Below are positions 23,771-33,455 of a DNA stretch of 64,000 nt, one piece after another. Within the stretch, counting starts at the first letter, position 1; the number at the start of each line of letters is the position of its first letter. The DNA comes from Desulfobacterales bacterium (GTDB lineage Bacteria > Desulfobacterota > Desulfobacteria > Desulfobacterales > UBA5616). The notes beneath the pieces were generated by a model. That model saw only the letters and a program-made list of their open reading frames with translations. It searched no databases and was not told the origin of the DNA. A program made the position numbers and the translations under genes. The stretch spans positions 32,001 to 96,000 of the forward strand of contig JAWODC010000070.1 of assembly GCA_046483495.1 (NCBI GenBank), read 5' to 3'.

Positions 23771-23935
23771 CTATGCCAATTCATCGATAGCGAGCGGTTT
23801 CCTGCACAGCGGACAAACACGAAGCATGTCGGAATGTGTCTGGTCGGTGGACCTGAAAACGACTTTCGGATTGTTGTTCGGAAAGAGGTACTCGACCCAG
23901 ATCATGTGACCACAGGAGCAGAATCGTTGTTGCAT
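23771..23935 (-). CDS. Small Zn-ribbon-like protein (54 aa), below the ORF-track cutoff
   Basis: Manual translation MQQRFCSCGHMIWVEYLFPNNNPKVVFRSTDQTHSDMLRVCPLCRKPLAIDELA*; CxCG...CxxC; RBS aaaggaga just upstream. Confidence 0.7.
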   Translation of the reverse strand: MQQRFCSCGHMIWVEYLFPNNNPKVVFRSTDQTHSDMLRVCPLCRKPLAIDELA

Positions 23936-24085
23936 TAGCTTCTCCTTTCGTTGATAAAAACCAAAAATGTATATTTATATAAACACCCAGAGCAAAAAAA
24001 ACATCCGCGTTTTCTTTCGAAAGCCATTAGACGATATTGAAAATATAACGAAAAGAAAAATCGATCAGCCGATTCGAGACCGTAA

Positions 24086-24736
24086 TCAATTGAATTCCCT
24101 TCCCACCCAGATCACCTTACCGATAATCCTCACATTTAAAATGTCGCTTTGAGATAAGTACAGCGGCGCGTGATCTTTGTTGTCCGATATGAGAACCAGC
24201 TTGCCGGGATGTTTCTCGAGCCGTTTTACCATAATGGTGTCGTCGATTCCAACGGCATAAATCGCCCCCGCCAAAACGTCCTTTTGCGATTCATCGATGA
24301 GGACGGTATCACCATCTTTTAATTCCGGTTCCATGCTGTTTCCGAAAATATCCATCATGACCATGCGGTCCGAATTCCCTTTGGCGCTGAGCCAGTCTTT
24401 TCGAAAGGCATAATAACCCTCGATTTCAGAACCGACTTCAAAAGAGCCGCTTCCCGCGCTGAGACGTGCTTTCACTTTGGGTATGTCGACATAATTGCTT
24501 TTATCTGCTCGTGAGGGCTGAACGAATGTCGGGCCTTTTCCGGTTTCCACCCAATCGGGATTCAGTCCATAGCGGCGAAATAGGCGCAGGATCCATTTCT
24601 CGGGAAACGCATTTTTATTTCGTGCCTGTGTTATGGCGGATCGATTCACACCCAAAGCTGCGGCAAGATCGGATTGGGACGAAATGCCGCACCCCTGATA
24701 AATACGTTTTAAGATATTTTCGAAATAATCGGTCAT
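24086..24736 (-). CDS. LexA/CI-like repressor: HTH plus S24 autopeptidase
   Basis: HTH SQSDLAAALGVNRSAIT, cleavage-site-like LSAG, catalytic GNSMEP and VKR, and IIGKV end. Confidence 0.9.
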   Translation of the reverse strand: MTDYFENILKRIYQGCGISSQSDLAAALGVNRSAITQARNKNAFPEKWILRLFRRYGLNPDWVETGKGPTFVQPSRADKSNYVDIPKVKARLSAGSGSFEVGSEIEGYYAFRKDWLSAKGNSDRMVMMDIFGNSMEPELKDGDTVLIDESQKDVLAGAIYAVGIDDTIMVKRLEKHPGKLVLISDNKDHAPLYLSQSDILNVRIIGKVIWVGREFN

Positions 24737-24844
24737 GGTTAGGAATACCCCATAGCGGCCTTTGCCCATTTACATAAAGATAAACACAAAAATTAATAAT
24801 ATGCAACAACTTTTTTTAATAATCCGGAAATAATGCTGAAACGG

Positions 24845-25657
24845 TCACTTCTTTGCGGTGTGCGCCACTGCGATACCGTTCAGCATAGGTCGAAATGATA
24901 TGCACGAAAACCCGACCTCTCTCAGGTCTTTCGACAACTCATAAGGAAGAGGAAACATGCGTATCGTTTCCGGCAGGCAGGCATAGGCCCGCGCAGAGCC
25001 GGTGATCAGTCTTCCCAAAAGGGGCATTAGGGTGAAGGAGTAAATGTCATATAACCCGCGGAACATCGGGTTTTCGGGTCTGGAAAATTCAAGGCACAGA
25101 AAACGGCCTCCCGGCTTAAGCACCCGGTGCATTTCCGAAAAGCCGGCTTTTAAATGGGTCAGATTCCGGATGCCGAAACTTACCATGACGGCATCGAAGG
25201 CGTTGTCCGGAAAGGACATGTTTTCCGCGTCCCCCTGAATGTAAGTGATCCGGTCCGGAGAGCCTCTTTTCAGCCGGTTTTCTCTCCCCGTAACCATCAT
25301 TTTTCGATTGATATCATATAAAACCACCCGGCCGTTTTCCCCAATCGCGGCTTGAGCAAGAACGGACATATCACCGGTTCCGCCGCAAACATCAAGGATA
25401 TGATCGCCGGATTGTGCATCGATCAGTCTGAAGGCGCCTCTTTTCCACGCGTAGTGAAGCCCGAAGCTTAACAGGGTGTTCATAAAATCGTATTTGGCTG
25501 CGACTCGGCTGAAATGATCCGACACAACCCCTTTTTTCTCATCCACAGCCATTTCGGTGAGTCCGTATCGAGTGCGGCCGGAAGGGTTGAAACCGGTATC
25601 GAGCTGTTCACGTCTTCGGGATTTGTCGGACCAGCCGGGATTTTTCCAATTTATCAT
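24845..25657 (-). CDS. ubiE: UbiE/MenG-family quinone C-methyltransferase
   Basis: FSRVAAKYDFMNTLLSFGLH, LDVCGGTGD, FGIRN and RVLKPGGRFLCLEFS. Confidence 0.9.
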   Translation of the reverse strand: MINWKNPGWSDKSRRREQLDTGFNPSGRTRYGLTEMAVDEKKGVVSDHFSRVAAKYDFMNTLLSFGLHYAWKRGAFRLIDAQSGDHILDVCGGTGDMSVLAQAAIGENGRVVLYDINRKMMVTGRENRLKRGSPDRITYIQGDAENMSFPDNAFDAVMVSFGIRNLTHLKAGFSEMHRVLKPGGRFLCLEFSRPENPMFRGLYDIYSFTLMPLLGRLITGSARAYACLPETIRMFPLPYELSKDLREVGFSCISFRPMLNGIAVAHTAKK

Positions 25658-26394
25658 GTGTGTTCTCCTGCCACGCCGGCGATTGCCCGATTTCCGGTGC
25701 TCAGATGCCCGATGTAATTGACGGCGGCTATCGGTGTTCGAATGCAGACGGGAATATAGGGAATATAAAAAATGCCTGAAATATCGTCAACCGGAAGCCC
25801 CGCCTGCCGGGCCCAGGTTTTTATTTCCGAAGGTTTGATAAACTTATGGTAGGAATGGGTGTTTTTTTCGGTAAGACCGAGAACGTATTCGGATACGGCA
25901 ATGACCAACAGGAAGGATAGAGGTGAGCGATTGATGGTGGAAATGAATAAGCTTCCTCCCGGATTGAGCAGTTTTCCGCATGACATAATGAGAGCGGCGG
26001 GGTCGGGCACGTGCTCCAGCACTTCCATGCACGTGACGATATCGAATCGTGAACCTTCTTTTTCCAGCATGCCGGCCGAAATCCGGCGGTAATCGATGTA
26101 GAGGCCGGAACGCTTCACGTGGCGTCTGGCGATCGATAGGGCCGCATCATTCATATCGATGCCGGTGACGCGCCCCCCTTTATTTGCGAGTGCTTCGCAC
26201 AAAATACCGCCGCCGCAGCCCACATCGAGAATCGTTTTTCCGGCTACGGGCACCCGCTGTGTAATATAGGTCGTTCGCATGGGGTTCATCTCGTGCAGTC
26301 CCCGAAAAACTCCCCCCGTATTCCACCAATCATCGGCTGATTTGGAAAATTTTTGAATCTCCCGATGATCGATATTTCCGGATGAATGTTTCAT
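25654..26394 (-). CDS. ubiG: UbiG-like quinone O-methyltransferase
   Basis: DHREIQKF...WW...G.FRGLHEMNP.R signature, LDVGCGGG, CMEVLEHV, STINR and KFIKPSE. Confidence 0.85.
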   Translation of the reverse strand: MKHSSGNIDHREIQKFSKSADDWWNTGGVFRGLHEMNPMRTTYITQRVPVAGKTILDVGCGGGILCEALANKGGRVTGIDMNDAALSIARRHVKRSGLYIDYRRISAGMLEKEGSRFDIVTCMEVLEHVPDPAALIMSCGKLLNPGGSLFISTINRSPLSFLLVIAVSEYVLGLTEKNTHSYHKFIKPSEIKTWARQAGLPVDDISGIFYIPYIPVCIRTPIAAVNYIGHLSTGNRAIAGVAGEHT

Positions 26395-26735
26395 GTCTTT
26401 TTTGTCCTCTAAGATCATCACAACAGGATCTTGTTTTTACGGTAGATCCAATGGTTGCGTCAAGTGGAGATGGTTATTTTTGCATGGAAAAGATGACAGC
26501 ATAAGCTCCCGCGTACCCTTAATTGATCGGCTGTTACAATGGCGGCAGATCGGGTTCGGCCGTTTGCCGGTCGGCAATGTACTTCGAAAAGGTCATTGAA
26601 AAACCCAACGGTCCGGATTTCAGTGAATATCTTGTATGCCGTCGCATTTTCTGGTATGTATCGCCACGGAACGCCACGGAAAAAGCGGCAGCGGAATACG
26701 CATTTTCAAGCGGTAAACGGCAAGGAGGAGAATCT

Positions 26736-27440
26736 ATGTCAACGAATACCATCCGATTCTTAGGTCATGCATTTGTGGAACTTACCACCGAACAGGGGAA
26801 AACGGTTTTGTTCGATCCGTGGACAAAAGATGCCGGCAACCCGAGCTGCCCCCTCGATGCGGCGGATGTAAATAACGCCGATCTGGTGCTGGTCAGCCAT
26901 GACCATTTCGACCATATCGGTTCCGCCGTGGAGATCTGCAAGAGAACCGGCGCTCTTTTCGGCGGCCCTGCCCAGACGGCGGCCCGGTTGACGGCGGAAG
27001 GATTCAGCGCGGACCAGGTTGTTAATTTCGGCATGGGTTACATGGTGGGCGGCGGGGTGTCGCTGGATTGGATTCAGGTGACATCCACCCCGGCATTTCA
27101 TTCCTCGGATACGGCCTGTGCGATGGGCACGATCGTCAAGACCGGGGGTATCACGGTATACCATGCCGGCGACACGGCGCTTTTCGGGGACATGGCGCTG
27201 TACGCCCGGCTTTACCCCATGGATGTGGCGCTTTTGCCGATTGGAGGCGTATTTACCATGGATGCTTATCAGGCTGCAGAAGCGGTGAAAATGATCGGTC
27301 CCAAGGTGGTTGTCCCCATTCATTATGCATCGTTTCCCATCATCGCCCCGACGGCTGATGATTTCGTGGACCAATGCTCGAAAAAAGCTCCGGAAGTTGT
27401 TGTAAAGGTGCTGGGGGCCGGGGAAAAGTTTTCGTTTTAG
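26736..27440 (+). CDS. Metallo-beta-lactamase-fold metal-dependent hydrolase (UPF0173-like)
   Basis: FLGHA, SHDHFDH, YHAGDT, LPIGG and PIHY; RBS aggaggag. Confidence 0.88.
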   Translation: MSTNTIRFLGHAFVELTTEQGKTVLFDPWTKDAGNPSCPLDAADVNNADLVLVSHDHFDHIGSAVEICKRTGALFGGPAQTAARLTAEGFSADQVVNFGMGYMVGGGVSLDWIQVTSTPAFHSSDTACAMGTIVKTGGITVYHAGDTALFGDMALYARLYPMDVALLPIGGVFTMDAYQAAEAVKMIGPKVVVPIHYASFPIIAPTADDFVDQCSKKAPEVVVKVLGAGEKFSF

Positions 27441-27503
27441 CCGGCCGACAGAACAGAGAGAGTGTGGTGAAGCCGGAACGAAACGGATTCCGGAATGGAC
27501 GCA

Positions 27504-27905
27504 TCAGGAATTCAACGGCAGCGGCGTAGGGGATAAAACGGACAACCCCACCAGATAATGCCCCTGGTATTTTCCGGTATCTTTCGGGGTCATGTGGATA
27601 ATTTTGGTTTTGATCCGAACGCCGGCGCGGCTGGATGTGTCGGTATAATAAGTCATGTCGATAATATCGCCGACATTGAGGAATTCCAGAACGGCCGAAT
27701 CCTTTTTTACCAGAATGCATAACCCGCTGTCTGAAACGTCCCGGATTTTGAACTGGTACAGAGGCCCCTGAGACAACGGTTGCAAAACAACGCTGTAATA
27801 TTCGTCTACAATCCTTCTGGGTTCGGTTCGGCGGTCTTTACCGGTCTTCTTTTCATCTGTATCCGACATGATTTGCTCCAGGTCTGGTGTTGGAAGTTCG
27901 TCCAT
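27504..27905 (-). CDS. Stand-alone PilZ-domain protein
   Basis: RxxxR (RRTEPR) and DxSxxG (DVSDSG) c-di-GMP-binding motifs; alternative start about 27869. Confidence 0.8.
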   Translation of the reverse strand: MDELPTPDLEQIMSDTDEKKTGKDRRTEPRRIVDEYYSVVLQPLSQGPLYQFKIRDVSDSGLCILVKKDSAVLEFLNVGDIIDMTYYTDTSSRAGVRIKTKIIHMTPKDTGKYQGHYLVGLSVLSPTPLPLNS

Positions 27906-28949
27906 TTATTCGACAACAATCCGATGCTTCGACGCATCGACGACGCTGCCGATAACAGATGCCGATAGAATGCCGCTTTCTCTCAAGTGGGCAATTAGAT
28001 TGTCTGCAACATCCGATAGTACACTGATTAACAGACCGCCCGAGGTCTGGGGATCGAATAACACATCGCAAAGGGGCCGGCGAATACCGTCTGCGATCGT
28101 GATCATGTGTTCACGGAACTCCCTGTTTTTATATGCCCCGGCCGGTACGAGGCCCATTTCAGCAAATTCCAGGGCTTCCTGAATGACGGGGATAGATCCG
28201 GCGGTCAGGATAATGCCGGGTCCGGACTCCATTACCATTTCCGCAACATGGCCCAGAAGGCCGAACCCGGTGATATCCGTGCAGGCATTCACCGGGTATA
28301 GGGAAATGATTTCCGAGGCTTTCTTGTTCAATTCAGCCATCAATTCCGTAACGCGGCCAATCAGTTCTGCCGAAGCCAACCCGGCTTTTACGGCCGTGTT
28401 GACAATGCCGGTGCCAAGCGGTTTGGTCAGAATCAATCGGTCGCCGACTTTTATGTTTTTTTTTGTAAGAACACGTTCCGGATGCACGAAACCGGTAACG
28501 GAGAGGCCATATTTCAGTTCGTTGTCTTCAATGCTGTGTCCCCCGACAAGAATAACATCCGCCTCCTTCATTTTTTCCAGTCCGCCCAGCAGGATTTGCC
28601 GGAGAATTTCTATATTCATGAGCCGCATCGGGAATCCCACGAGATTCATGGCCGTTTTTGCCGTTCCGCCCATGGCGTAAATGTCGCTTAACGCATTTGA
28701 GGCGGCGATGCGGCCGAAGTCGAACGGATCGTCGACAACGGGTGTAAAAAAATCAACGCTCTGGATGATAGCGAGATCATCGCATATCTTATACACTCCG
28801 GCATCATCCGCACGGTCCAGACCGACGATCAGATTTTCATCTTTCGGAAATGCTATTCCGCACAATGCCTTGTCCAGGTCCCCCGGAGCCAATTTGGAGG
28901 CTCACCCGGCTCCGGCGACGGTTTGCGTCAGGCGCAGCGGCTTGTCCAT
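27906..28949 (-). CDS. selD: Selenide, water dikinase SelD (selenoprotein; UGA=Sec at 28902-28904)
   Basis: Reading upstream of the tracked ORF gives MDKPLRLTQTVAGAG-U-ASKLAPGDL, the G[CU]xxK catalytic motif. Also DDAGV, DFFTP, GGHS, DITGFGLLGH and DPQTSGGLL. Confidence 0.95.
28873..28887 (-). promoter_or_regulatory. Putative SECIS apical hairpin of selD
   Basis: mRNA UCCGGG-GGA-CCUGGA: a 6-bp stem starting 15 nt after the UGA. Confidence 0.7.
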
Positions 28950-29487
28950 ATTCATCAAAGCCCTCGAGGCGGCATCACGTTTTCGTCGTGTTTTTGACGC
29001 GGTAAATGCCCATATCGGCATGCTTGTTCGTTCTCAAGCATGCTTTCTTTCATCACAACATCGGTACTATCGAACAATCGGTTTTTTCTGCTCGGTGCTT
29101 TTTGCCCGATAGGAATCGCAGCCCCGAAGAGACCTGCTCCTGCTTCAGGGAATCGGGGCTGTAGCCGAAAACAATTTACAATGGGTTGATTTTTTCAGGT
29201 TTTTATATCATAAAAAGAATAAATTCAAAACAGTTTGTTCAGCACGGGTTTTCTTATCAACTGCATTCCATCGAGGAAACGGACACAATTCTTCACCCGC
29301 CCACCCGGAAATGGTCAATCCCGGATTAAAGCATGACAGGGCCCTTTATAAGCGCGACATCGTCACGCAAGCTGTGGGGCTTCAAATGGGTGAAGAAAAC
29401 CGCTTTGGGCCAAACGCTGCCGGTTCGAGACAGGCACCAGGCATCACACCAGGCAAATATTCAACCAAAAATCAAGGGAGGTTGCGC

Positions 29488-31131
29488 ATGGGAACACATT
29501 CAGAAACGGTCAGGAGGGTTAGACCAACCGCCGATTCCCGTTTTTTGCTGAAAAACGGTTTTATCGTCGACGGCACGGGTCGACCGGGATATGTTGGAAA
29601 CGTCTTGATTCGCGGAGAAAAAATAGAAGCGGTCAGCCGGGAGTCGATCGATATCGATTGTGAAACGATGGATTGCTCCGGGCTGGTCATTTCTCCGGGA
29701 TTCATCGATGCCCACTCGCACATGGACTGGATTCTCTGCATCGAGGGTTTTGAAAGGCTAAAAACACCGTATACGGATCAGGGGTGCACCACATTCGTCA
29801 CGGGCAACTGCGGATACAGTCCCGGGGGGTACAGAAAAAACAGTCCGTATAAAAACATGTTACAATTGGGAGCGGATCGGGGCTTCGATCTTTACTGGGA
29901 CACCATGGATGAGTTGTTTGCGCACCTCGAGCGCACCGGGTTGAGCCACAACATCGTCCACTTCGCCGGGCACGGGACATCCCAGGCGTCCATGCGCGGC
30001 CTCGATCCAAAACCCTTGACCGGCGAAGAGTTAAACGAGCTGCTTTTCCTGCTTGAAGAATCCATGGACCAGGGGGCTGCCGGCGTATCCTTCGGTCTGG
30101 GATATGAGCCCGGCATCTTTTTTCCAAAGGATCACATTATGTCGGTTGCGCGGCTGGTAAAGAAAAAGAACAAACTAATTACCGTGCATGGCCGTGCCTA
30201 TTCGTGTGTTTCGGGATTCTATGAAGACGTGTCCACCCCCCACAACGTCCTATCCCTGAGGGAAATGATCGAGATTGCAGAAGAATCCGGTGTTCGGCTG
30301 CAGTATTCCCACCTCATGTTTGCCGGCTCTAAAAGCCATCCCACTTATGCACAGTGCCTCGAAGAGCTGGACGATGCCGTGAGTCGGGGAGTGGATGTAA
30401 AAATCGATACCTACCCTTATCATTGCGGCAATTCGATCATCAATGTCATACTTCCGCCCTGGTTTCTGGCGAATGTCCCGTCCAATTACCACAATCCCGA
30501 GGCTGTTGCCGGAGTGGAAAAGGGCTTGGAGGCGATGTCGCAGGTTGTGGGGTTCGGCTATAACGATATTCAGCTGACGTATGCGGGGCATTCGGAGTAT
30601 GACCCTTACAACGGCATGTTTATCGGTGAAATCAGTCAGAAACGAAATATGCGCCCCGCTCAGGTGGTGTTGGAGCTTTCGGAGAAGACGAATGGACGCG
30701 CACGGATTCTAAACCACAATTACAGCAATATGGAAGTGGTGGATGCGCTGATCCGGCACCCGGACTGCTTGTTTATGACCGATGCCGTAGTATCAATGCA
30801 GGGGGTTCAGAATCCGGCTTCGTTCGGCGCATTTCCCCTGCTGCTTCAGTACTCCCGGGACCGGAAGCTGCTGTCCCTGGAAGAGGCCGTATACAAAATG
30901 ACCGGTGCGACGGCTGAACGCTTCAATATTCAGGATAGGGGGTTTATAAGAGCGAAAACGGCCGCCGACATCACCGTATTCGACTGGGAAAACATCAAGG
31001 ACAACAATACGGTCGAACAAACGGATCGGGCTCCCACCGGAATAGAAGCGGTGTTCATGAACGGCCGGCAAGTCAAAAAAGACGGAAAGGTCGACGGAGC
31101 GGCCAATGCCGGGGTGGTCATAAGAAATTGA
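29488..31131 (+). CDS. N-acyl-D-amino-acid deacylase-like amidohydrolase
   Basis: IVDGTG, PGFIDAHSHMD, GNCG, EEAVYKMTG and ADITVFD; RBS gggagg before MGTHSE. Confidence 0.87.
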   Translation: MGTHSETVRRVRPTADSRFLLKNGFIVDGTGRPGYVGNVLIRGEKIEAVSRESIDIDCETMDCSGLVISPGFIDAHSHMDWILCIEGFERLKTPYTDQGCTTFVTGNCGYSPGGYRKNSPYKNMLQLGADRGFDLYWDTMDELFAHLERTGLSHNIVHFAGHGTSQASMRGLDPKPLTGEELNELLFLLEESMDQGAAGVSFGLGYEPGIFFPKDHIMSVARLVKKKNKLITVHGRAYSCVSGFYEDVSTPHNVLSLREMIEIAEESGVRLQYSHLMFAGSKSHPTYAQCLEELDDAVSRGVDVKIDTYPYHCGNSIINVILPPWFLANVPSNYHNPEAVAGVEKGLEAMSQVVGFGYNDIQLTYAGHSEYDPYNGMFIGEISQKRNMRPAQVVLELSEKTNGRARILNHNYSNMEVVDALIRHPDCLFMTDAVVSMQGVQNPASFGAFPLLLQYSRDRKLLSLEEAVYKMTGATAERFNIQDRGFIRAKTAADITVFDWENIKDNNTVEQTDRAPTGIEAVFMNGRQVKKDGKVDGAANAGVVIRN

Positions 31132-31154
31132 TTGAACCAGGCTTTTATGCATCC

Positions 31155-31205
31155 GAAAAAAACCGCCGCTGCCGTGAAGGCATTCAAAACGGCGGCGGTT
31201 TTTTC
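31155..31205. terminator. Bidirectional terminator between convergent genes
   Basis: AAAAAAACCGCCG ... CGGCGGTTTTTT inverted repeat with A and T tails. Confidence 0.8.
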
Positions 31206-31215
31206 GATCATTTTC

Positions 31216-32259
31216 TCAAGGTGCAGGCGGGTAGGTGCCATAGGGAGCAAGAGTCATTTCGGCGTTCGGGTCTGTTTTGACGGCTTCGAAAATCGTGCCG
31301 AGTGCCTTCTGGGTGGCCAGATAGGTAAACCGTACGGCGCCGCCGAGTATCCCGGTCATTTCGATGTCGAAGCCATGGTTTTGCATAATGGAAATGACTT
31401 CACGATGGTCTTCCGTTTCCCCGAAACTGACATGATGAACGCCCTGCCCGCATTGATTAAAAAATTCCATATAGGTACTGGGCCCCTTTACCGGCTCCAA
31501 TAATTCGATTTGCATGTCCCCCAAATTCGCCAAAGCGGCGCGAACATGAAAGTCGGTGCCGTCAACCATATCAATGCCGTGAAGGGCGGCGCCGGACAAA
31601 TGGGGCGGTTTGAAGTCGACCAACATCCAGGGCCCCACACCGAACACATCCCAGTAATTTTTTGCTGTATTTTCAGCATCCTTTACAACGATTCCAATCT
31701 GCTTGATTTCCTTGCCTTCGATGTTGATGAGGCCGGGGCCGCGGGGTGTGTAGGTGCCCCAGGGTGAAAGCCCTTTTATTTCGCCGGCGGGCGGCGCGAC
31801 AAATTCGAAAATCGTTCCCAAATGCTCGGTGGTATCCATGTAAGTATACCGAACCGCTTCACCGAGTACTCCTGACATTTCCAAAGGAATACCGCTATTT
31901 TCCAGGGAGGAAACCGCCGTGTCATGATCGTCCACCATACCGAAGCTGACGTGATGAATACCTTCCCCGCGCTGTTCGAGAAAGGCTGCATGGGTACCCT
32001 CTCCGTAAATCGGCTGCAGCAGCTCGATTTGCATATTGCCGAGATTGGCCAGTGCGGCCCGAACGACGGAAGCTTTGTCTGCTATTTTTTTATTCCGGAA
32101 AACCATTTCTGTTGCGGCAAAATCAAACACCGTCCACGGCCCGATGCCGAAGATTTCCGAATATTTTCTTGCGGACGTGTGGACATCGTTGACGACAATG
32201 CCGATTTGATCGATTTTTTTGCCTGTAGTATTCACAATCGGCTGGTGTTGTGTAGCCAT
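31216..32259 (-). CDS. Tandem VOC/glyoxalase (methylmalonyl-CoA epimerase-like) double-domain protein
   Basis: Two clear internal repeats: QIGIVV ... GPW ... VRAALANLG.MQIELL.P ... G.HHVSFG ... LGTIFE. Confidence 0.85.
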   Translation of the reverse strand: MATQHQPIVNTTGKKIDQIGIVVNDVHTSARKYSEIFGIGPWTVFDFAATEMVFRNKKIADKASVVRAALANLGNMQIELLQPIYGEGTHAAFLEQRGEGIHHVSFGMVDDHDTAVSSLENSGIPLEMSGVLGEAVRYTYMDTTEHLGTIFEFVAPPAGEIKGLSPWGTYTPRGPGLINIEGKEIKQIGIVVKDAENTAKNYWDVFGVGPWMLVDFKPPHLSGAALHGIDMVDGTDFHVRAALANLGDMQIELLEPVKGPSTYMEFFNQCGQGVHHVSFGETEDHREVISIMQNHGFDIEMTGILGGAVRFTYLATQKALGTIFEAVKTDPNAEMTLAPYGTYPPAP

Positions 32260-32276
32260 TTTTCTTCTCCTTTTGT

Positions 32277-33158
32277 TCAGTGGTATGCGGGTGCCCTGCT
32301 TTCCTTCAGCTTCCAGATAGCGGCGCATCCGATGAAGAAATTGTGGTCGTCCTGCACAAGCGGGCTGTCCGCGTAGGCTGCCGGTGAAACATACTCCCAA
32401 CGTACATAGCCGGCAAAGGAAAGGCGCTCTGAAATGCGCCGGATAATCCTGCCGGAAAGCGACAGGACGGAAAGGCCTGCATCCGGTTCGAAGGCGGGCC
32501 GTCCGGGACGGGCATCTTTCGGCGGAACCTCGTAAAAGTATTCGTGAAGGCTTTTATCGGAGAATTCGATACCGGTATTCAGGCCCATATGCCAGCGGGG
32601 ATTTCCCCAAGGCGCATCGTGTTGATACACCAGGTTCATGGCGGATTTGAACCCCCGGTGACGGATATCGATGTTGTCGGGAATGCCGACGGAAAAGGCC
32701 GCTCGAGCGGCGAACTGAAGGTATATCGTCCGATATGGATGCCGACCGGTAAAATACCATTTCAGGCTCGGCCCGGCCTCGATGACCGAGTCAAGCTCCG
32801 ACATGCCGGTCCTGGCGCGATTATCATCCGCCACCGGCGGATTTCCCCACCCGGATAGGGTCGTCTCCAGGTTTTCGGAACGGTAGAAAATCCCCCGGAC
32901 CCCTTCCTGGTCGAGTTCAAAGAATTTGCCCCGGTATATGACGTACGGCAGGGGAAGAGCCCACAGCCGGTATTCATCGGAGCCCCGGTAGTGGGGCATG
33001 TAAACGGCTCCGGGGAAAAGCCCGAATTCCCAGAGCGGCTCTGTCGTAACGCCGCTTTTTCCGGCGGCACATAAACGACCGGGAATACCGATGATAAACA
33101 CGAGAACGCAAAACAGTATAAAAGAACGCGATAGTGATACATTTCGGCCTGTTTTCAT
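32277..33158 (-). CDS. MipA/OmpV-family outer-membrane protein
   Basis: Signal peptide, PHYRGSD...LPYVIYRG, YFYEV and DSPLV. Confidence 0.78.
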   Translation of the reverse strand: MKTGRNVSLSRSFILFCVLVFIIGIPGRLCAAGKSGVTTEPLWEFGLFPGAVYMPHYRGSDEYRLWALPLPYVIYRGKFFELDQEGVRGIFYRSENLETTLSGWGNPPVADDNRARTGMSELDSVIEAGPSLKWYFTGRHPYRTIYLQFAARAAFSVGIPDNIDIRHRGFKSAMNLVYQHDAPWGNPRWHMGLNTGIEFSDKSLHEYFYEVPPKDARPGRPAFEPDAGLSVLSLSGRIIRRISERLSFAGYVRWEYVSPAAYADSPLVQDDHNFFIGCAAIWKLKESRAPAYH

Positions 33159-33455
33159 CGTGTATGGGGCAGCCTTGCCGATTTTTTCACGTGTGAAATG
33201 CAGGAAGCTGGAAAGACAACTTTATATTTACCACGCAAACACCTTGTGTGTCAACGGTGCCGGGAAGACAAGAACCCGGCGGGCACATGATTTTCTTTGC
33301 TTCATAAGGCCGATTGTGGTTTAATTATTTTCATAAAACGGTATCTTTTGACCCGTAGCGGTTTTTCGCCGTTTTGACACCTTCAGCCTATTGGCCCGTT
33401 TGAGGCGCAGGTAATCCGACATTCACACACAATTCCCACCAAAGGAGCCGACCTC

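Noticed and set aside
24086..24736. Prophage suggested by the CI-like repressor
   Set aside because: No integrase, structural, replication or lysis genes nearby; the flanks are housekeeping genes.
33183..33199. parS-like TTTTCACGTGTGAAA
   Set aside because: Two extra central bases and mismatched ends break the 16-bp consensus.
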